A stretch of 64,000 nucleotides of DNA from Candidatus Nanohaloarchaea archaeon (GTDB lineage: Archaea; Nanohalarchaeota; Nanosalinia; Nanosalinales; Nanosalinaceae): assembly GCA_042218075.1 (NCBI GenBank), contig JBDGRK010000003.1, positions 50,754-114,753 of the forward strand, given 5' to 3'. A program made the position numbers and the translations under genes. Shown here piece by piece: positions 20,919 through 31,673 of this stretch. The notes under the pieces are model-generated. The model was given only the letters and a program-made list of their open reading frames with translations. It made no database searches and had not been told where the DNA came from. Within the stretch, counting starts at the first letter, position 1; every line of letters starts with the position of its first letter.

Positions 20919-22280
20919 ATGAAGTTTGAAAGATTAAGGCAGAAAGTGCTTGAAGAGAATTATCCTTCAGAGCAAGAGCTAGAGGAAATAGAGCAAAAAT
21001 ACCGGGAAATCTCGGCATTCATAGAAAAAGAGTTCGATCAAAGCACGCATTTTGCAGGATCCGCGGGTAGAGCCACATGCATGAAGGACGACCGGGATAT
21101 AGATATATTCGTTTTATTCCCGGAATCCGTCGATCCCGAAGAGCTTGAGCAGAGAGCTCTTGAGATAGGAAAGAAGACCTTCAAAGAGTTTGACGGCAAA
21201 CACCACGTCGAGTACGCGGAGCACCCATACGTTAAGGGCAGGATTGATGGTTTCAAAGTTGAGATAGTGCCCTGCTACGATACCGGGCCTGAAAGCATAA
21301 AGAGCAGCGTTGACAGGACGCCGCACCACACTCGGTGGACGGAAGAAAATCTCTCAGACAGGCAGAGAAAGGATGTAGTCGTACTCAAAAAGTTCCTGGA
21401 TGCTGGAGGACTCTACGGCTCATCTCTGAAAGTTAGAGGCTTCTCGGGGTATCTGTGCGAAATCCTGGTATCCGAATCCGGGAGTTTCAGGCAACTAGTT
21501 GAAGAAGCAGCTTCCTGGAGTGAGGATGAAGTACTGTATCCGGCCGGATACTATGAAGAGAAGCTGCCCTCTGAGCTAGAGGAGAAGTTCAGTAGAGATG
21601 AGCTGGTTGTGATTGATCCTGTTGATCCGGAGAGAAACGTCGCGTCTGTTCTATCCACGGAAAACTACTCGAAGTTTATCTACAGGTGCTGGAGGTTCCA
21701 GAGCAATCCAGGAATGAACTACTTCAGGAGCGATGAAACTGAGTACTCGGAATTCGAGGTGAAGCAGGAGTTGAAGAGGAGATCCGACTTTATGCTTGTA
21801 GAATTCGAGAATATAGATGATGTGGACGATATTGTCTATCCCCAGTTGAGAAAAGCTCTCAGGAGGTTGAAGTCAGAGCTGGAGGAGAAGAGTTTCAGGA
21901 TCTACGAATCCGGCTTTTATGTAGGGCAGACTACTAAAATATTCTTCGAGATGGATCGAAAACTGCCGGAAGTACAGGAAAAAGATGGACCGAAAGTTTT
22001 CCACGGAAGGGATCATCTTGAACAGTTCAGCTCCAAGTACTCGAACATCTATGTGGAAGAGGATAGAATTAAGGCGAAAACTGAGAGAGAGTTCACGGAT
22101 GCGAGGGAGTTTCTGCAGCATTTCCTGAAGGAGGGAGATCTTGAGAAGAAAGGTGTGCCGGATCGAGTGGCGGAGAAGCTTGAAGACTTCAGTTTTGCAT
22201 CTCCGCTGGAGGGGGACAGCGAATGGTTTAATTACCTGGGGGAGAAGTTGAAAATACAGCACGGTGAAAATGATGGGTGA
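20919..22280 (+). CDS. cca: Class I CCA-adding enzyme
   Basis: GSAGRAT..DIDIF, YAEHPYV, VDRTPHH, GFSGYLCEIL, DPVDPERNVAS. Confidence 0.97.
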   Translation: MKFERLRQKVLEENYPSEQELEEIEQKYREISAFIEKEFDQSTHFAGSAGRATCMKDDRDIDIFVLFPESVDPEELEQRALEIGKKTFKEFDGKHHVEYAEHPYVKGRIDGFKVEIVPCYDTGPESIKSSVDRTPHHTRWTEENLSDRQRKDVVVLKKFLDAGGLYGSSLKVRGFSGYLCEILVSESGSFRQLVEEAASWSEDEVLYPAGYYEEKLPSELEEKFSRDELVVIDPVDPERNVASVLSTENYSKFIYRCWRFQSNPGMNYFRSDETEYSEFEVKQELKRRSDFMLVEFENIDDVDDIVYPQLRKALRRLKSELEEKSFRIYESGFYVGQTTKIFFEMDRKLPEVQEKDGPKVFHGRDHLEQFSSKYSNIYVEEDRIKAKTEREFTDAREFLQHFLKEGDLEKKGVPDRVAEKLEDFSFASPLEGDSEWFNYLGEKLKIQHGENDG

Positions 22281-22842
22281 GGTAAACATTGTTGTCGGTC
22301 TATCAGGAGTTGGAAAAGGTACGGTTATGGAGGAGGCTATGCTACTCTCCGAAACTGATTACAAGCTTATAAACTACGGCGACAGGATGCTCGAAATCGC
22401 CAGGGAGCAGAACCTGGTGAAGGATCGGGACGAGATGAAGAATATAGAGGTTGAAACCTACAGGCAGGTCCAGATGGACGCTGCAGAGTCGATAGTGGAG
22501 GAATCTGAAGACAGCGATGTGATAGTCGAAACGCACGCAACCATAGAAACACCGTATGGATATATTCCCGGGCTTCCAAGGTGGACGGTGGAAAACCTGG
22601 AACCGTCAAAGATAATCATGATAACCGCAGATCCCAGGGAAATCTACAGGAGAAGTGCTGACGACGATGACAGGGATAGAGAGCATGAAGATGTGGAGGG
22701 AGTCAGAGAGTACCAGAGAGTTGCGAGAGAAATGGCTTCCGCCGGAGCCGTTTTGACAGGAGCATACCTCAAGACTATTGAGAACGAGAATGGAAGAGCT
22801 GAGAAGGCAGCGGAGCAACTAGTTGAGACTCTCAGGGGCTGA
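22270..22842 (+). CDS. adkA: Archaeal adenylate kinase
   Basis: GLSGVGKGT P-loop, NYGD.M, DRDEM, TP.GYIPGLP. Confidence 0.93.
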   Translation: MMGEVNIVVGLSGVGKGTVMEEAMLLSETDYKLINYGDRMLEIAREQNLVKDRDEMKNIEVETYRQVQMDAAESIVEESEDSDVIVETHATIETPYGYIPGLPRWTVENLEPSKIIMITADPREIYRRSADDDDRDREHEDVEGVREYQRVAREMASAGAVLTGAYLKTIENENGRAEKAAEQLVETLRG

Positions 22843-23553
22843 ATAGTAGATTTTTGGAGACATCACGAATACATATGTGTTGACAACCGTGGATGACATT
22901 CTACCCAGTAAGAATCCTGCGTAACCAAGTTTCTCCAGAATTCCGGAGGAAAGAAAGGCTGCTCCCAGCATTATGATAGAAAGAAACACAAGAGAGGTGA
23001 CCAAACCGCTATTATCTCTGGAGACCGAGTAAGAGTCCTTTACACTTTTCGTCAGCGTTGAATGTTCTAGAAGAGTGGCGGGCAGGAAGTAGGAGGCAAA
23101 ACTGATCGCTATCACTGCCAAAAGAATCAACAACCCTGCTAATACCAGGTAAAATGTGCTTCCGCCACCTAAATAGTAGAAGTATAACAGGCTCATAGGT
23201 ACAGAGATTGTTACTGCCAGTGCAGCCAATAGCAGGGTTGTCTTTACCGCCTGCCTGATTCTTTCTACAACCTCGGTAATACTTTTCCTGACAATTCTGG
23301 GATCGTCAAAATGTTTGACCATGGCCGCCACCAGCATTGAAGCTAAAACTCCAATTAGAGTCATTATTAGTGGAAGGATCAGCGCGACAGCGAGCAGTTT
23401 ATAGGAGGAAAGCGACTTTAGGAACTGGAAGTTTGAGACAATCAGGACCAGAAGTACAGAACTCATTCCCGTGGACACTAGCTTTGGTAGGAAGATTACG
23501 GGGTTCTCCCACAGCATTTCCAGGCTTTCTTTGAGGATTTTCAGCGCTTCCAT
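22819..23553 (-). CDS. Multi-pass membrane protein
   Basis: About six hydrophobic segments. Confidence 0.75.
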   Translation of the reverse strand: MEALKILKESLEMLWENPVIFLPKLVSTGMSSVLLVLIVSNFQFLKSLSSYKLLAVALILPLIMTLIGVLASMLVAAMVKHFDDPRIVRKSITEVVERIRQAVKTTLLLAALAVTISVPMSLLYFYYLGGGSTFYLVLAGLLILLAVIAISFASYFLPATLLEHSTLTKSVKDSYSVSRDNSGLVTSLVFLSIIMLGAAFLSSGILEKLGYAGFLLGRMSSTVVNTYVFVMSPKIYYSAPESLN

Positions 23554-23700
23554 GCAAAGCTTTTAGATTCGAACGAATAAAATATGAAAAATATCTAAAA
23601 GATTTTATTACTGTGAGAAAACAAAAACGTTCTTTAAGCGGGTTTCAGCGCACGAAACCGGCGTAATGATTAAAAGAGTTACCAGTTGATGATTAGATAT

Positions 23701-23982
23701 ATGGCGAGCCTCTGGGACATTGGAAAAAGCACGGAGGAAAAGCTCGCCGATGAGTTGAAGAGTAACGGAGAATTTCAGGAGATGGTAGATCAGCACAGGG
23801 AAAAGTTCGAGCCAAGATTTGAGGATAACATGAAAGAAGAAGTTCCCACCCATCCCTACAAGATTTACAGGAACATAGTCGAACAGAACGAGCTTAGCGA
23901 CGAGGAGAAGGTAGCACTTGAGAAGATGAAAGACGAGTTCTCCGAGAAATGGCAGACACTCAAGAACTCCCAGTCAAACTAG
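23701..23982 (+). CDS. Hypothetical protein
   Basis: Acidic ORF with core-like codon usage. Confidence 0.7.
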   Translation: MASLWDIGKSTEEKLADELKSNGEFQEMVDQHREKFEPRFEDNMKEEVPTHPYKIYRNIVEQNELSDEEKVALEKMKDEFSEKWQTLKNSQSN

Positions 23983-23992
23983 ACTGGATCAT

Positions 23993-24040
23993 CGGTGAGT
24001 CTTTCCCAAGGGGAGGGGAGACCACCACCTATTTTTCTTT
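23993..24040 (+). terminator. GC hairpin followed by T-run
   Basis: GGTGAGTCTTTCCC...GGGGAGACCACC then TATTTTTCTTT just after a stop codon. Confidence 0.4.
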
Positions 24041-24043
24041 AAC

Positions 24044-24091
24044 AATTTCCGGGCGAAATTGGGACGCCGAGAGCATTCGCAGGGCGAATGC
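24044..24091. repeat. Pair of short hairpins (REP-like)
   Basis: AATTTC-CGGGC-GAAATT and GCATTCGC-AGG-GCGAATGC. Confidence 0.5.
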
Positions 24092-24133
24092 ACTTTGGAA
24101 GGAGTTTAAAATTCTAGATTACAATTATGATTT

Positions 24134-25306
24134 ATGAATGCAGATTCCAAAATCGACGATTTCCTGGAATCGAGTAAATTTGATGCATTTCTAATTTTTG
24201 ATGATTCGGCATCGAATGAAAATCTTTTCTACCTGACAAGTTTTAAGGCGTCTGATTCTTTTCTCTATTTCTTTGCGAAAGGTGAAAGCACTGTAGTAGT
24301 CCCACAGCTCGAGTATTCGAGGGCTGAAGAAGAGGCAGAAGTAGACAATATCTACAGCAGTTCGAAATATGTTAGCGGCGAATCGAGAGATAATGAAAGT
24401 AAGAGAATAGAAACCATAAGAAAAGCGCTAGAGGATAAAGGAATTAATAGAGTAGCAGTTCCAGGTGAATTTCCACTGAAGCTAGCCGATGATCTGGAAA
24501 GTGAGGGAATAGAAGTTGAGCCAGCAGAACAAAATCCTGTAATGGAAGCCAGGAAGAGGAAAGACAGTGGGGAACTTGAAAAATTGAGAGAAGTGCAGGA
24601 GTTGACGGAGGAAGCCATGAAAAGAACGAGAGAAATTATAGGAAATGCAGAGGTCAGGGATGGAGTTCTTTACAGAGATGGAGAGATACTTACATCTGAA
24701 AGGGTGAAGAAGAAAATCAAGCTCTTCATGTTGGAAAACAACTGTGAGGTACCTGAAAATACAATAGTGGCCTCTGGAGCTGAATCTGCGAAACCTCATT
24801 CGAGAGGTTCAGGGCCTATAGAAGCGGGAGAACCGATCATCGTTGACATCTTTCCAAGACATGATAATAATTATTTCGGCGACATGACCCGGACGTTTGT
24901 CAAGGGAGAAGTACCTTCAGAAGTCCAGGAGATGAAGCAATCAGTTGATGAGGCCCTAGAAGCTGCTTTTGAGGTACTTGAGAGAGGAGCAGGTGTCAAG
25001 GCAAAAGAAGTTCATGCGAGGGTCTGCGATGTCCTGGAGAAGCATGGATATGAAACTTTGAGAAATAATGAAGAGGCGGAAAGCGGGTTTTTACATTCTA
25101 CAGGTCATGCGGTGGGACTTGAACTGCATGAGAGTCCGCGTGTAGCTGGCAACAAAGATGAACTTGAAGAGGGAATGGTGCTTACGATAGAACCTGGCCT
25201 ATACATTCCAGAAATCGGAGGCCTGAGACTGGAAGACATGATAGTTGTTGAGGAAGATGGATTTGAGAACTTCAATTCTATGAGCAGGGAAATAAAGCTT
25301 GATTAA
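24134..25306 (+). CDS. Xaa-Pro peptidase (M24)
   Basis: GDMTRT, HSTGHAVGLELHE, TIEPGLY, RLED. Confidence 0.94.
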   Translation: MNADSKIDDFLESSKFDAFLIFDDSASNENLFYLTSFKASDSFLYFFAKGESTVVVPQLEYSRAEEEAEVDNIYSSSKYVSGESRDNESKRIETIRKALEDKGINRVAVPGEFPLKLADDLESEGIEVEPAEQNPVMEARKRKDSGELEKLREVQELTEEAMKRTREIIGNAEVRDGVLYRDGEILTSERVKKKIKLFMLENNCEVPENTIVASGAESAKPHSRGSGPIEAGEPIIVDIFPRHDNNYFGDMTRTFVKGEVPSEVQEMKQSVDEALEAAFEVLERGAGVKAKEVHARVCDVLEKHGYETLRNNEEAESGFLHSTGHAVGLELHESPRVAGNKDELEEGMVLTIEPGLYIPEIGGLRLEDMIVVEEDGFENFNSMSREIKLD

Positions 25307-26883
25307 TCCAGTTCCTTGACCATGTAAGGCCCTTCCTTCTCGTAACCTAACTTCCGGTAGTACTCCCGTGTTCCAACCGCGGAGATTACCACGACCTTCT
25401 CTCTTCCGATCTCTCGGGCTTTTTCCTCAGCTCGCTCCATCAACCTTCTTCCAAAACCCTGGTGCTGGGCCTCTCCCTCCTCCCCGAGCTCTGTCGCTGT
25501 TCCAAGGACCTTCAGCTGCCTGACTATAAGTGAATCATCATCGATCTCCGGCCTGAAGGATTCCGGGGGAGCTCTCAGTCTCGTGAAACCGAGGATTATA
25601 TCCTTTCCAGTATCCTCGTAGCTCAGGAAGTACTCTTTGCCGCCTGAGGCATCGTAGATTCTCTCCACTGCTTCTACATCCTCAGGGGTCTCACCATGCT
25701 TCTGCCTGACGTGTCCGACTTCCCTGCAGCGGATGCACCTGCATCTATCTCCCTCTTCCTCCATCTCCTGGAGGGCCATCTGGCGCATATTTGTGAGCTG
25801 TGGTCCCGCATCTACTTCAGTCGAGGGAATGTCACGCATCACCCTCTTCACCCTGACATGGGGAGGAATTTGGCTTACGAGTATCTCTTTCAGCCTTTCT
25901 TTTGCCTCCTCGTCGTCTATCGGATCGAACTCGCCCTCCTCGTACCTCCTGTAGAGCTCGGTTCCCTGGATGACTTCGCAGGGATAGATCTTTACCTCGT
26001 CGGGCTGGAGGTCCGGGTCGGAAAAGGTCTTCCTGAATTTCTGTATATCTTCTTCGTATCCCTCGCCGGGAAGACCGAGCATCAGGTGGTAGGCGACCTT
26101 GAAACCCGCGTTTTTCAACCGCTTAGTTGCCTCGATTACAGGCTCCATGCCGTGGCCTCTGTTCGTTATTTCATGGGTTTCATCGAACACAGTCTGTACA
26201 CCCATCTCGACCCTGGTTCCCCCCATTTCAAGGATGCGGTCGATATGCTCGGTCTCGCAGATGTCAGGCCTTGTCTCGAAGGTCACTCCAACATTCCTGA
26301 CCTCCGCTTTCTCATTCTTCAGCTGTGCCTCTTCAAGTTTGTCAGCTTCTTCAAGCCCTGAATTGTCCGGGTAGGTGTTGAACCCATCGAAAGCTCTCTT
26401 CAAAAATTCTCGCTGGTAATCCGGGTCCTGGAAGGGGAAGGTTCCTCCCATCACTATCAGCTTTGACTTGTCTATGGAGTGCCCGTTCTTCTCGTACTGA
26501 TTCAGTCTATCGTGGACCTGGTCGAAAGGATCGTAGTCGTTCCTGATAGCTCTCCTCGTTGCCGGTTCTTTACCTGTATAGCTCTGGGGAGCATCTTTTC
26601 CCTTCGGACAGTAGATGCAGCCCCCGCCGCATGGAGCAGGTCTCGCCATTATCGCTATGTTTGCGATTCCGGATATCGTCCTCATGGGCTTGGTTTTCAG
26701 AAGTTTCCTTGCGTCTTCCTCTCCTTCTTCCGCAAATTCCAGTATGTCTGAGTTCTTCGGCATCCCCTCGAAATCGCTCTCCCCGCAGAGCTGCTTTTTC
26801 CTCGCCTCTATCTCTTGCTTGGATTCTATCTCGCCATCCTGAATCTCTTCTATTATATTGCGTGAAATCTTTTCGAGGCTCAT
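25303..26883 (-). CDS. elp3: tRNA U34 modification radical SAM/GNAT enzyme Elp3
   Basis: C-GGG-CIYCP, PQSYTG.EP, ETRPD, CRCIRCRE, QHQGFG, REYYRKLGY; ATG 26883. Confidence 0.96.
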   Translation of the reverse strand: MSLEKISRNIIEEIQDGEIESKQEIEARKKQLCGESDFEGMPKNSDILEFAEEGEEDARKLLKTKPMRTISGIANIAIMARPAPCGGGCIYCPKGKDAPQSYTGKEPATRRAIRNDYDPFDQVHDRLNQYEKNGHSIDKSKLIVMGGTFPFQDPDYQREFLKRAFDGFNTYPDNSGLEEADKLEEAQLKNEKAEVRNVGVTFETRPDICETEHIDRILEMGGTRVEMGVQTVFDETHEITNRGHGMEPVIEATKRLKNAGFKVAYHLMLGLPGEGYEEDIQKFRKTFSDPDLQPDEVKIYPCEVIQGTELYRRYEEGEFDPIDDEEAKERLKEILVSQIPPHVRVKRVMRDIPSTEVDAGPQLTNMRQMALQEMEEEGDRCRCIRCREVGHVRQKHGETPEDVEAVERIYDASGGKEYFLSYEDTGKDIILGFTRLRAPPESFRPEIDDDSLIVRQLKVLGTATELGEEGEAQHQGFGRRLMERAEEKAREIGREKVVVISAVGTREYYRKLGYEKEGPYMVKELD

Positions 26884-26935
26884 GGTGTCCAGAGCTGTAT
26901 GAAGAATTAAAAAGAAACAGTTAATTGATTGATTT

Positions 26936-27811
26936 ATGGAAAAACGAACGAGGAATCTCCTGGCGGGCGGAATTGGTCTAATATTGATTTTTTCGCTTAT
27001 TGGGTTCTTTGCCTCTGGAAAGGCATCTGAACTTGATCTGAGGAAGGGAGATGTCGCGGTGGTCTCGCTGGACGGATCGATAACTTCTTCGTCCTCGGGC
27101 TTTGGCTCTTCCTCCATCACACCCTCGAAGGTTAGAGACCTGAATGAGAGAGCTTTGAACTCGGGAGCGGACGCGATTATCTACGAGATAAACTCAGGAG
27201 GTGGAGCAGTAGTTGCCTCGAAAGATGTAAAGCGTGAGATTGAATCGGTTGGAGTCCCCACAGTTTGCAGGTTGAGGGATGTGGCTGCATCCGGAGGCTA
27301 CCTGATCTCACTGGGATGTAACAGAACAGTTGCCGATTCCGCATCTATTACCGGCAGTATAGGTGTCAGGAGCTCTTTCCTTGAATTCTCTGGACTCCTG
27401 AACAGGCTCGGGGTTGAATACGTCAATATTACCTCTGGTAAGCTGAAGGGCGTGGGTTCACCTTACAGGAATATTACCCCTGAGGAGAGGAGACTCCTGA
27501 AGCAGAAGTCCGAGATGATACACAGGGAGTTCATCAATCTAGTTGAAAAGGAGAGGAATCTGAGTCAATCGGAGGTGGAGAAGATTAGCACGGGTGAGAT
27601 TTTCCTTGGTAGCGAAGCGAAGAAGCTGGAACTTGTCGACAAGCTAGGAGGCCGGCAGCAGGCAGTTGAGGAGGCAGAAAACCTTACGGGCCATGATCTC
27701 AAGGTTAAACAGGTCGACGAGGGGCCGGATTTCAGTTTCCTGGATTTGATGGGAATAGAATCTTTTCTTTCCTCGGGAGCAAATCCTCCCCTGAGGGCTG
27801 AGATTGGATAG
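26936..27811 (+). CDS. sppA: Signal peptide peptidase (S49)
   Basis: INSGGG, AASGGY, TGSIGV; N-terminal TM. Confidence 0.93.
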   Translation: MEKRTRNLLAGGIGLILIFSLIGFFASGKASELDLRKGDVAVVSLDGSITSSSSGFGSSSITPSKVRDLNERALNSGADAIIYEINSGGGAVVASKDVKREIESVGVPTVCRLRDVAASGGYLISLGCNRTVADSASITGSIGVRSSFLEFSGLLNRLGVEYVNITSGKLKGVGSPYRNITPEERRLLKQKSEMIHREFINLVEKERNLSQSEVEKISTGEIFLGSEAKKLELVDKLGGRQQAVEEAENLTGHDLKVKQVDEGPDFSFLDLMGIESFLSSGANPPLRAEIG

Positions 27812-27840
27812 ATAGCTCACAGGTATTATAGGAAAAAGTG

Positions 27841-28683
27841 TTATCTATCAGGTCCTTCAGGTGACCCTGGCTCGTCCGAATGATGCCAGAGCATGTCGAA
27901 CACTGGTTCCATGGTTTCCTCCGCCATGTGGTCGCTCTTGGTCCAGAATGCTGTATCCTGGGTGTCGTGTACCTGGTCATGTGTCATCGACATCGTCAGA
28001 GCATTATTGTCGATTATCGCGAACCTTCCCTCCGGAACGTCAAATTCGTCTCTTCCCTCCAGATGCCTGACTTCCACAGCATCCTTTATTGATTCGAAAG
28101 CTTCCCTGTTACTGTCTGTTACCGGAGCCAGTACCTGAACTTTCACACCGTTCTCCCTTGCTTCCTGTAGCAGATCGGCATGATTACTGTAAAGCTGGTT
28201 AAGTCCGTCCTCCGAGGTCACGATCTTTATGCTTTCCTCGGCGTCCTGGAACATTGTTCCCATGTGCTGGTTGATCTGGTGGGAACCCTGCAGGGAGCCT
28301 GACATTTCCTCTGGATCAACCAGTTCAAGTCCCTGATCGTAGAGGCTCTCAAGCTCATCTACGGCTTCTGAATCCTTGAAGGAATCAAGCTTGTCTAGTT
28401 TGTCCTCCAGCTCCTGCCTGTGCTGTTCTTTTATGTTTTCAATCGCCTGCTGCGGAGGGATAGCCACGTATTCCATAGGCTGATTCGACTTGATGACCGC
28501 GCATCCTTTCTCCGCAAGAGACTCCAGGACATCATAGGTACGCGAGCGTGGAACATTGGTCATTTCCGAGAGTTCTCCTGCTGTTGAGACACCTCTGCTG
28601 ATCAGGGCAGAGTAAATTTTCCTCTCGTACATGTTTAGACCGATATCTTCAAGCTTGTCCAGAGTCTCCTGACTTGCAACCAT
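27841..28683 (-). CDS. TrmB-family transcriptional regulator
   Basis: GLNMYE..IY..L, VPRSRTYDVLESL HTH plus C-terminal effector domain. Confidence 0.93.
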   Translation of the reverse strand: MVASQETLDKLEDIGLNMYERKIYSALISRGVSTAGELSEMTNVPRSRTYDVLESLAEKGCAVIKSNQPMEYVAIPPQQAIENIKEQHRQELEDKLDKLDSFKDSEAVDELESLYDQGLELVDPEEMSGSLQGSHQINQHMGTMFQDAEESIKIVTSEDGLNQLYSNHADLLQEARENGVKVQVLAPVTDSNREAFESIKDAVEVRHLEGRDEFDVPEGRFAIIDNNALTMSMTHDQVHDTQDTAFWTKSDHMAEETMEPVFDMLWHHSDEPGSPEGPDR

Positions 28684-28806
28684 TTTTGAATGACACCTTA
28701 GCTATGTTACCATTCTGTGCGGGTAGTTATAAACCTTATCCGGGGCTTTCCCCTGTCGGTAGTAAGATTTTATGATCACCGAGTAATAATTAATTAAGCT
28801 TAAAGT

Positions 28807-29451
28807 TTATAAATACTTGGCAATAGCTGATTCAATTTTTGTCCGAAGGCTGCCTAGCTTTCTACCGTACATCTCCTTCTCCTCCCTGATTCCGTCCCAT
28901 TCCACGTTGTCAAAGTCGCTATCGATCTTGTTGTCGTAGATATCGTAGTGGGCGATCTGGTTGAGCCCGAACTTTGAACCTCTCTGAACCCTGTCATCAG
29001 AGTAACCAAGAATTACAATCGCCAGCGGCTGCTTTCCAGATGGTATCTCGAGTTGCTCGGCGACAGCGTCCTCATCGAATCCTCCTATCCAGCAGGATGC
29101 CAGGCCTTCCTCCTCCGCTACAAGCCTCATATTCTGGACTGCACACGCGATCTCGGAGTTACAGGCCTCTCTGCACTTTTTCTCACCTACCTTTCTCGCC
29201 ATCCTGTCCATGTCTCCCAGAAGAACTATAGTTGTCGGAGCCCCCTCAATCCTTTCATCCCCCGCAGCCCTGGCCATGAATTGCTTCCTCTCCTCATCCT
29301 CCACCACGATAAACTCAATTGAGTGGACATTGCCTGGAGAGGGAGACTGTCTGCCCGCTTCAAGAATCTTGCCAATCTTTTTCCTTGGAATGACCTTCTC
29401 CTCGCAATCCCTGAAAGACGAAAGCTGCTTAACCGCTTCAAAGACACTCAT
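28807..29451 (-). CDS. Nitroreductase family protein
   Basis: SPSPGN, QNMRLVAEEEGLASCWIGGFD. Confidence 0.88.
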   Translation of the reverse strand: MSVFEAVKQLSSFRDCEEKVIPRKKIGKILEAGRQSPSPGNVHSIEFIVVEDEERKQFMARAAGDERIEGAPTTIVLLGDMDRMARKVGEKKCREACNSEIACAVQNMRLVAEEEGLASCWIGGFDEDAVAEQLEIPSGKQPLAIVILGYSDDRVQRGSKFGLNQIAHYDIYDNKIDSDFDNVEWDGIREEKEMYGRKLGSLRTKIESAIAKYL

Positions 29452-29502
29452 GAAACTTATTTTGCACTAACCGTTTAAACAATTGGCGAAGAATCATGTC
29501 CC

Positions 29503-31176
29503 ATGAAGTTATCAAAGCTCGTGGATGTTTACAGGAATCTCGAGGAAACTCAATCCAACCTAGAAATGACCTCCATACTCGCCGAGTTCTACTCAGAAAA
29601 CGCTGAGGAGCTGGAAGAGGTGGTTCTACTCTCCATGGGTCGCTCGTTTCCCTACTGGAAGGACCTGGACCTTGGAATCTCAAGCAAGACTATGGTTGAT
29701 GTGATCCAGGAAGCCACGGGAAGGACTGAAAAGGATATAGAGGGGGCATGGAGGGAGGAAGGAGATCTGGGTAGCGCTGCCGAAGTCCTGATGGAAGGCG
29801 AAGGCGGGCAGAGAAGCTTGATGGACCAGGAACTGACCGTGGAGCGGGTAAACGAGAAGCTGGAGAAAATCGCCAGGATGGAGCAGGAATCACTGGAGAG
29901 TGTCTCGATGGACAAGAAGAAGAGAAACGTCGCATCGCTCCTGAATGACGCGGACCCGGAGCAGGGAAAGTACATAGTCAGGATTTTCCTGGAGAACCTG
30001 AGACTTGGAGTGGGAGAGGGAACTGTTAGGGACGCTCTCGCAGAGGCCTTCTTTAAAGGTGAAAACGCGGAGGAGATACAGAGAGCCTACGACATGACCA
30101 ACGACTTCAGAGAGGTCGCTGTTGCGTGTAGAGACGGTGGCTTGGAAGCCCTGGAGGAGCTTGACATGGAGCTTTTCCGGCCGATCAACTCGATGCTTGC
30201 GAAGAAGGTGGAGACTATCGAAGAGGGCTTTGAAGAAGTAGGGAAACCTGCGGCTATAGATTACAAGTACGATGGGATGAGAGCCAAGATACATTCGAAG
30301 GGTGATGAGGTGAAGGTCTTCACGAGAAGGCTGGAGGACGTTACTCAGCAGTTCCCGGATGTGGTGGAGGCTGTGAAAAAGCATGTTGATGCGGAAAATG
30401 TGATAATCGATGCGGAGATAGTAGGATTTGATCCTGAAGACGGTTCTTCAATAGAGTTCCAGCAGCTCTCGAAGAGGATCAAGCGGAAGTACGATATAGA
30501 GAAGCTGAAACAGGAGATACCTGTCGAAGTCAGGCCTTTCGACCTGATCTTCCTTGATGGATCGATGCTGGATGAAGCATACTCTGACAGGTGGGAAAAG
30601 CTGGGTGAGATCGTAAGTGAGGAGGAGAAACAGCTGAGGCTCGTTGATCATGAAGAGACTGATGAGGAGCAAAAGGTGCAGGAGATGCAGCAGAGGAGCC
30701 TGGCGGAAGGACACGAGGGCATCATGATGAAGTCGATGGAGGCTAAGTACAAGCCCGGAAAGAGAGTGGGCTACATGGTGAAACTGAAGCCGGTGATGGA
30801 GACCCTGGACCTCGCGATAATCGGGGCGAAGTGGAGCGAGGGGAGAAGGTCTGGATGGCTGGGAAGGCTGAAGCTCGGGTGCTGGGATGGAGAAGAGCAG
30901 GAGTACAGGATGGTGGGTCGAATGGCGACCGGACTGACGGATGAACAGCTGGAGGAGATTACGCAGAAGCTGGAGCCCCTGATCCTGGAGGAGAAGGGCA
31001 GGGATGTAGAGGTCAGGCCGGAAGTCATAGTTGAGGTCGAGTACGAGGAAATTCAGCAGTCGCCAAACTACAATTCAGGTTTTGCCCTGCGTTTCCCGAG
31101 GCTGAAGCAGTTCCGCGACGACAAGGAGGAGGCGGATTCGATGGAGAAGATTGAGAAACTGTACCTGGATCAATAA
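29503..31176 (+). CDS. lig: ATP-dependent DNA ligase
   Basis: YKYDG, EGIMMK, YKPGKR, KLKP, LRFPR. Confidence 0.97.
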   Translation: MKLSKLVDVYRNLEETQSNLEMTSILAEFYSENAEELEEVVLLSMGRSFPYWKDLDLGISSKTMVDVIQEATGRTEKDIEGAWREEGDLGSAAEVLMEGEGGQRSLMDQELTVERVNEKLEKIARMEQESLESVSMDKKKRNVASLLNDADPEQGKYIVRIFLENLRLGVGEGTVRDALAEAFFKGENAEEIQRAYDMTNDFREVAVACRDGGLEALEELDMELFRPINSMLAKKVETIEEGFEEVGKPAAIDYKYDGMRAKIHSKGDEVKVFTRRLEDVTQQFPDVVEAVKKHVDAENVIIDAEIVGFDPEDGSSIEFQQLSKRIKRKYDIEKLKQEIPVEVRPFDLIFLDGSMLDEAYSDRWEKLGEIVSEEEKQLRLVDHEETDEEQKVQEMQQRSLAEGHEGIMMKSMEAKYKPGKRVGYMVKLKPVMETLDLAIIGAKWSEGRRSGWLGRLKLGCWDGEEQEYRMVGRMATGLTDEQLEEITQKLEPLILEEKGRDVEVRPEVIVEVEYEEIQQSPNYNSGFALRFPRLKQFRDDKEEADSMEKIEKLYLDQ

Positions 31177-31244
31177 TAGAATTCATAGAATAAAAATGGA
31201 GAAAATCATTCTTATTGCTTCAAGGCTCTACATCTAAACTGTTT

Positions 31245-31571
31245 CTACTCGTGCTTCTGAGCCTGGTGGATGTGCATTCCTCTCTCTGTATCGAACTTCT
31301 TCCCGCACTCGGGGCATTCATGCCTGTCGTCTTCAACAGTTTCTTCGGTTTCTGCAACCTCTGAAAACTGCTGCTGGACTTCTCTTGACTCCTCTCTCCT
31401 CATCTTGAGCTCGTCACTTTCAAGCCAGACAATAAATGCACCAACAAGCGCCAGAATCGGGCCTATACCCGCCCTCGCAACGTAAACCAGTTTGTCGAAG
31501 TTCAGTATCGTCGAGAATACACCTGCCACGATCAGTAGCGCACCAATCAGTATCTTCAGAGCTGGATGCAT
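31245..31571 (-). CDS. Two-TM protein with C-terminal C2H2 zinc finger
   Basis: CPECGKKFDTERGMHIHQAQKH. Confidence 0.8.
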   Translation of the reverse strand: MHPALKILIGALLIVAGVFSTILNFDKLVYVARAGIGPILALVGAFIVWLESDELKMRREESREVQQQFSEVAETEETVEDDRHECPECGKKFDTERGMHIHQAQKHE

Positions 31572-31673
31572 GGTATCACACAACTGTAATAACACCGAGA
31601 AGTTTTATGTATTAGGGTGTTCAAGACCTGTCTCCCTACTGCTTTTATAATATTTTCACCGCCTATTGAATCC

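Noticed and set aside
26884-27120. N-terminal extension of Elp3 in the ORF track (likewise atpC to 10543)
   Set aside because: Overlaps sppA (or atpE); better ATGs exist at 26883 and 10432
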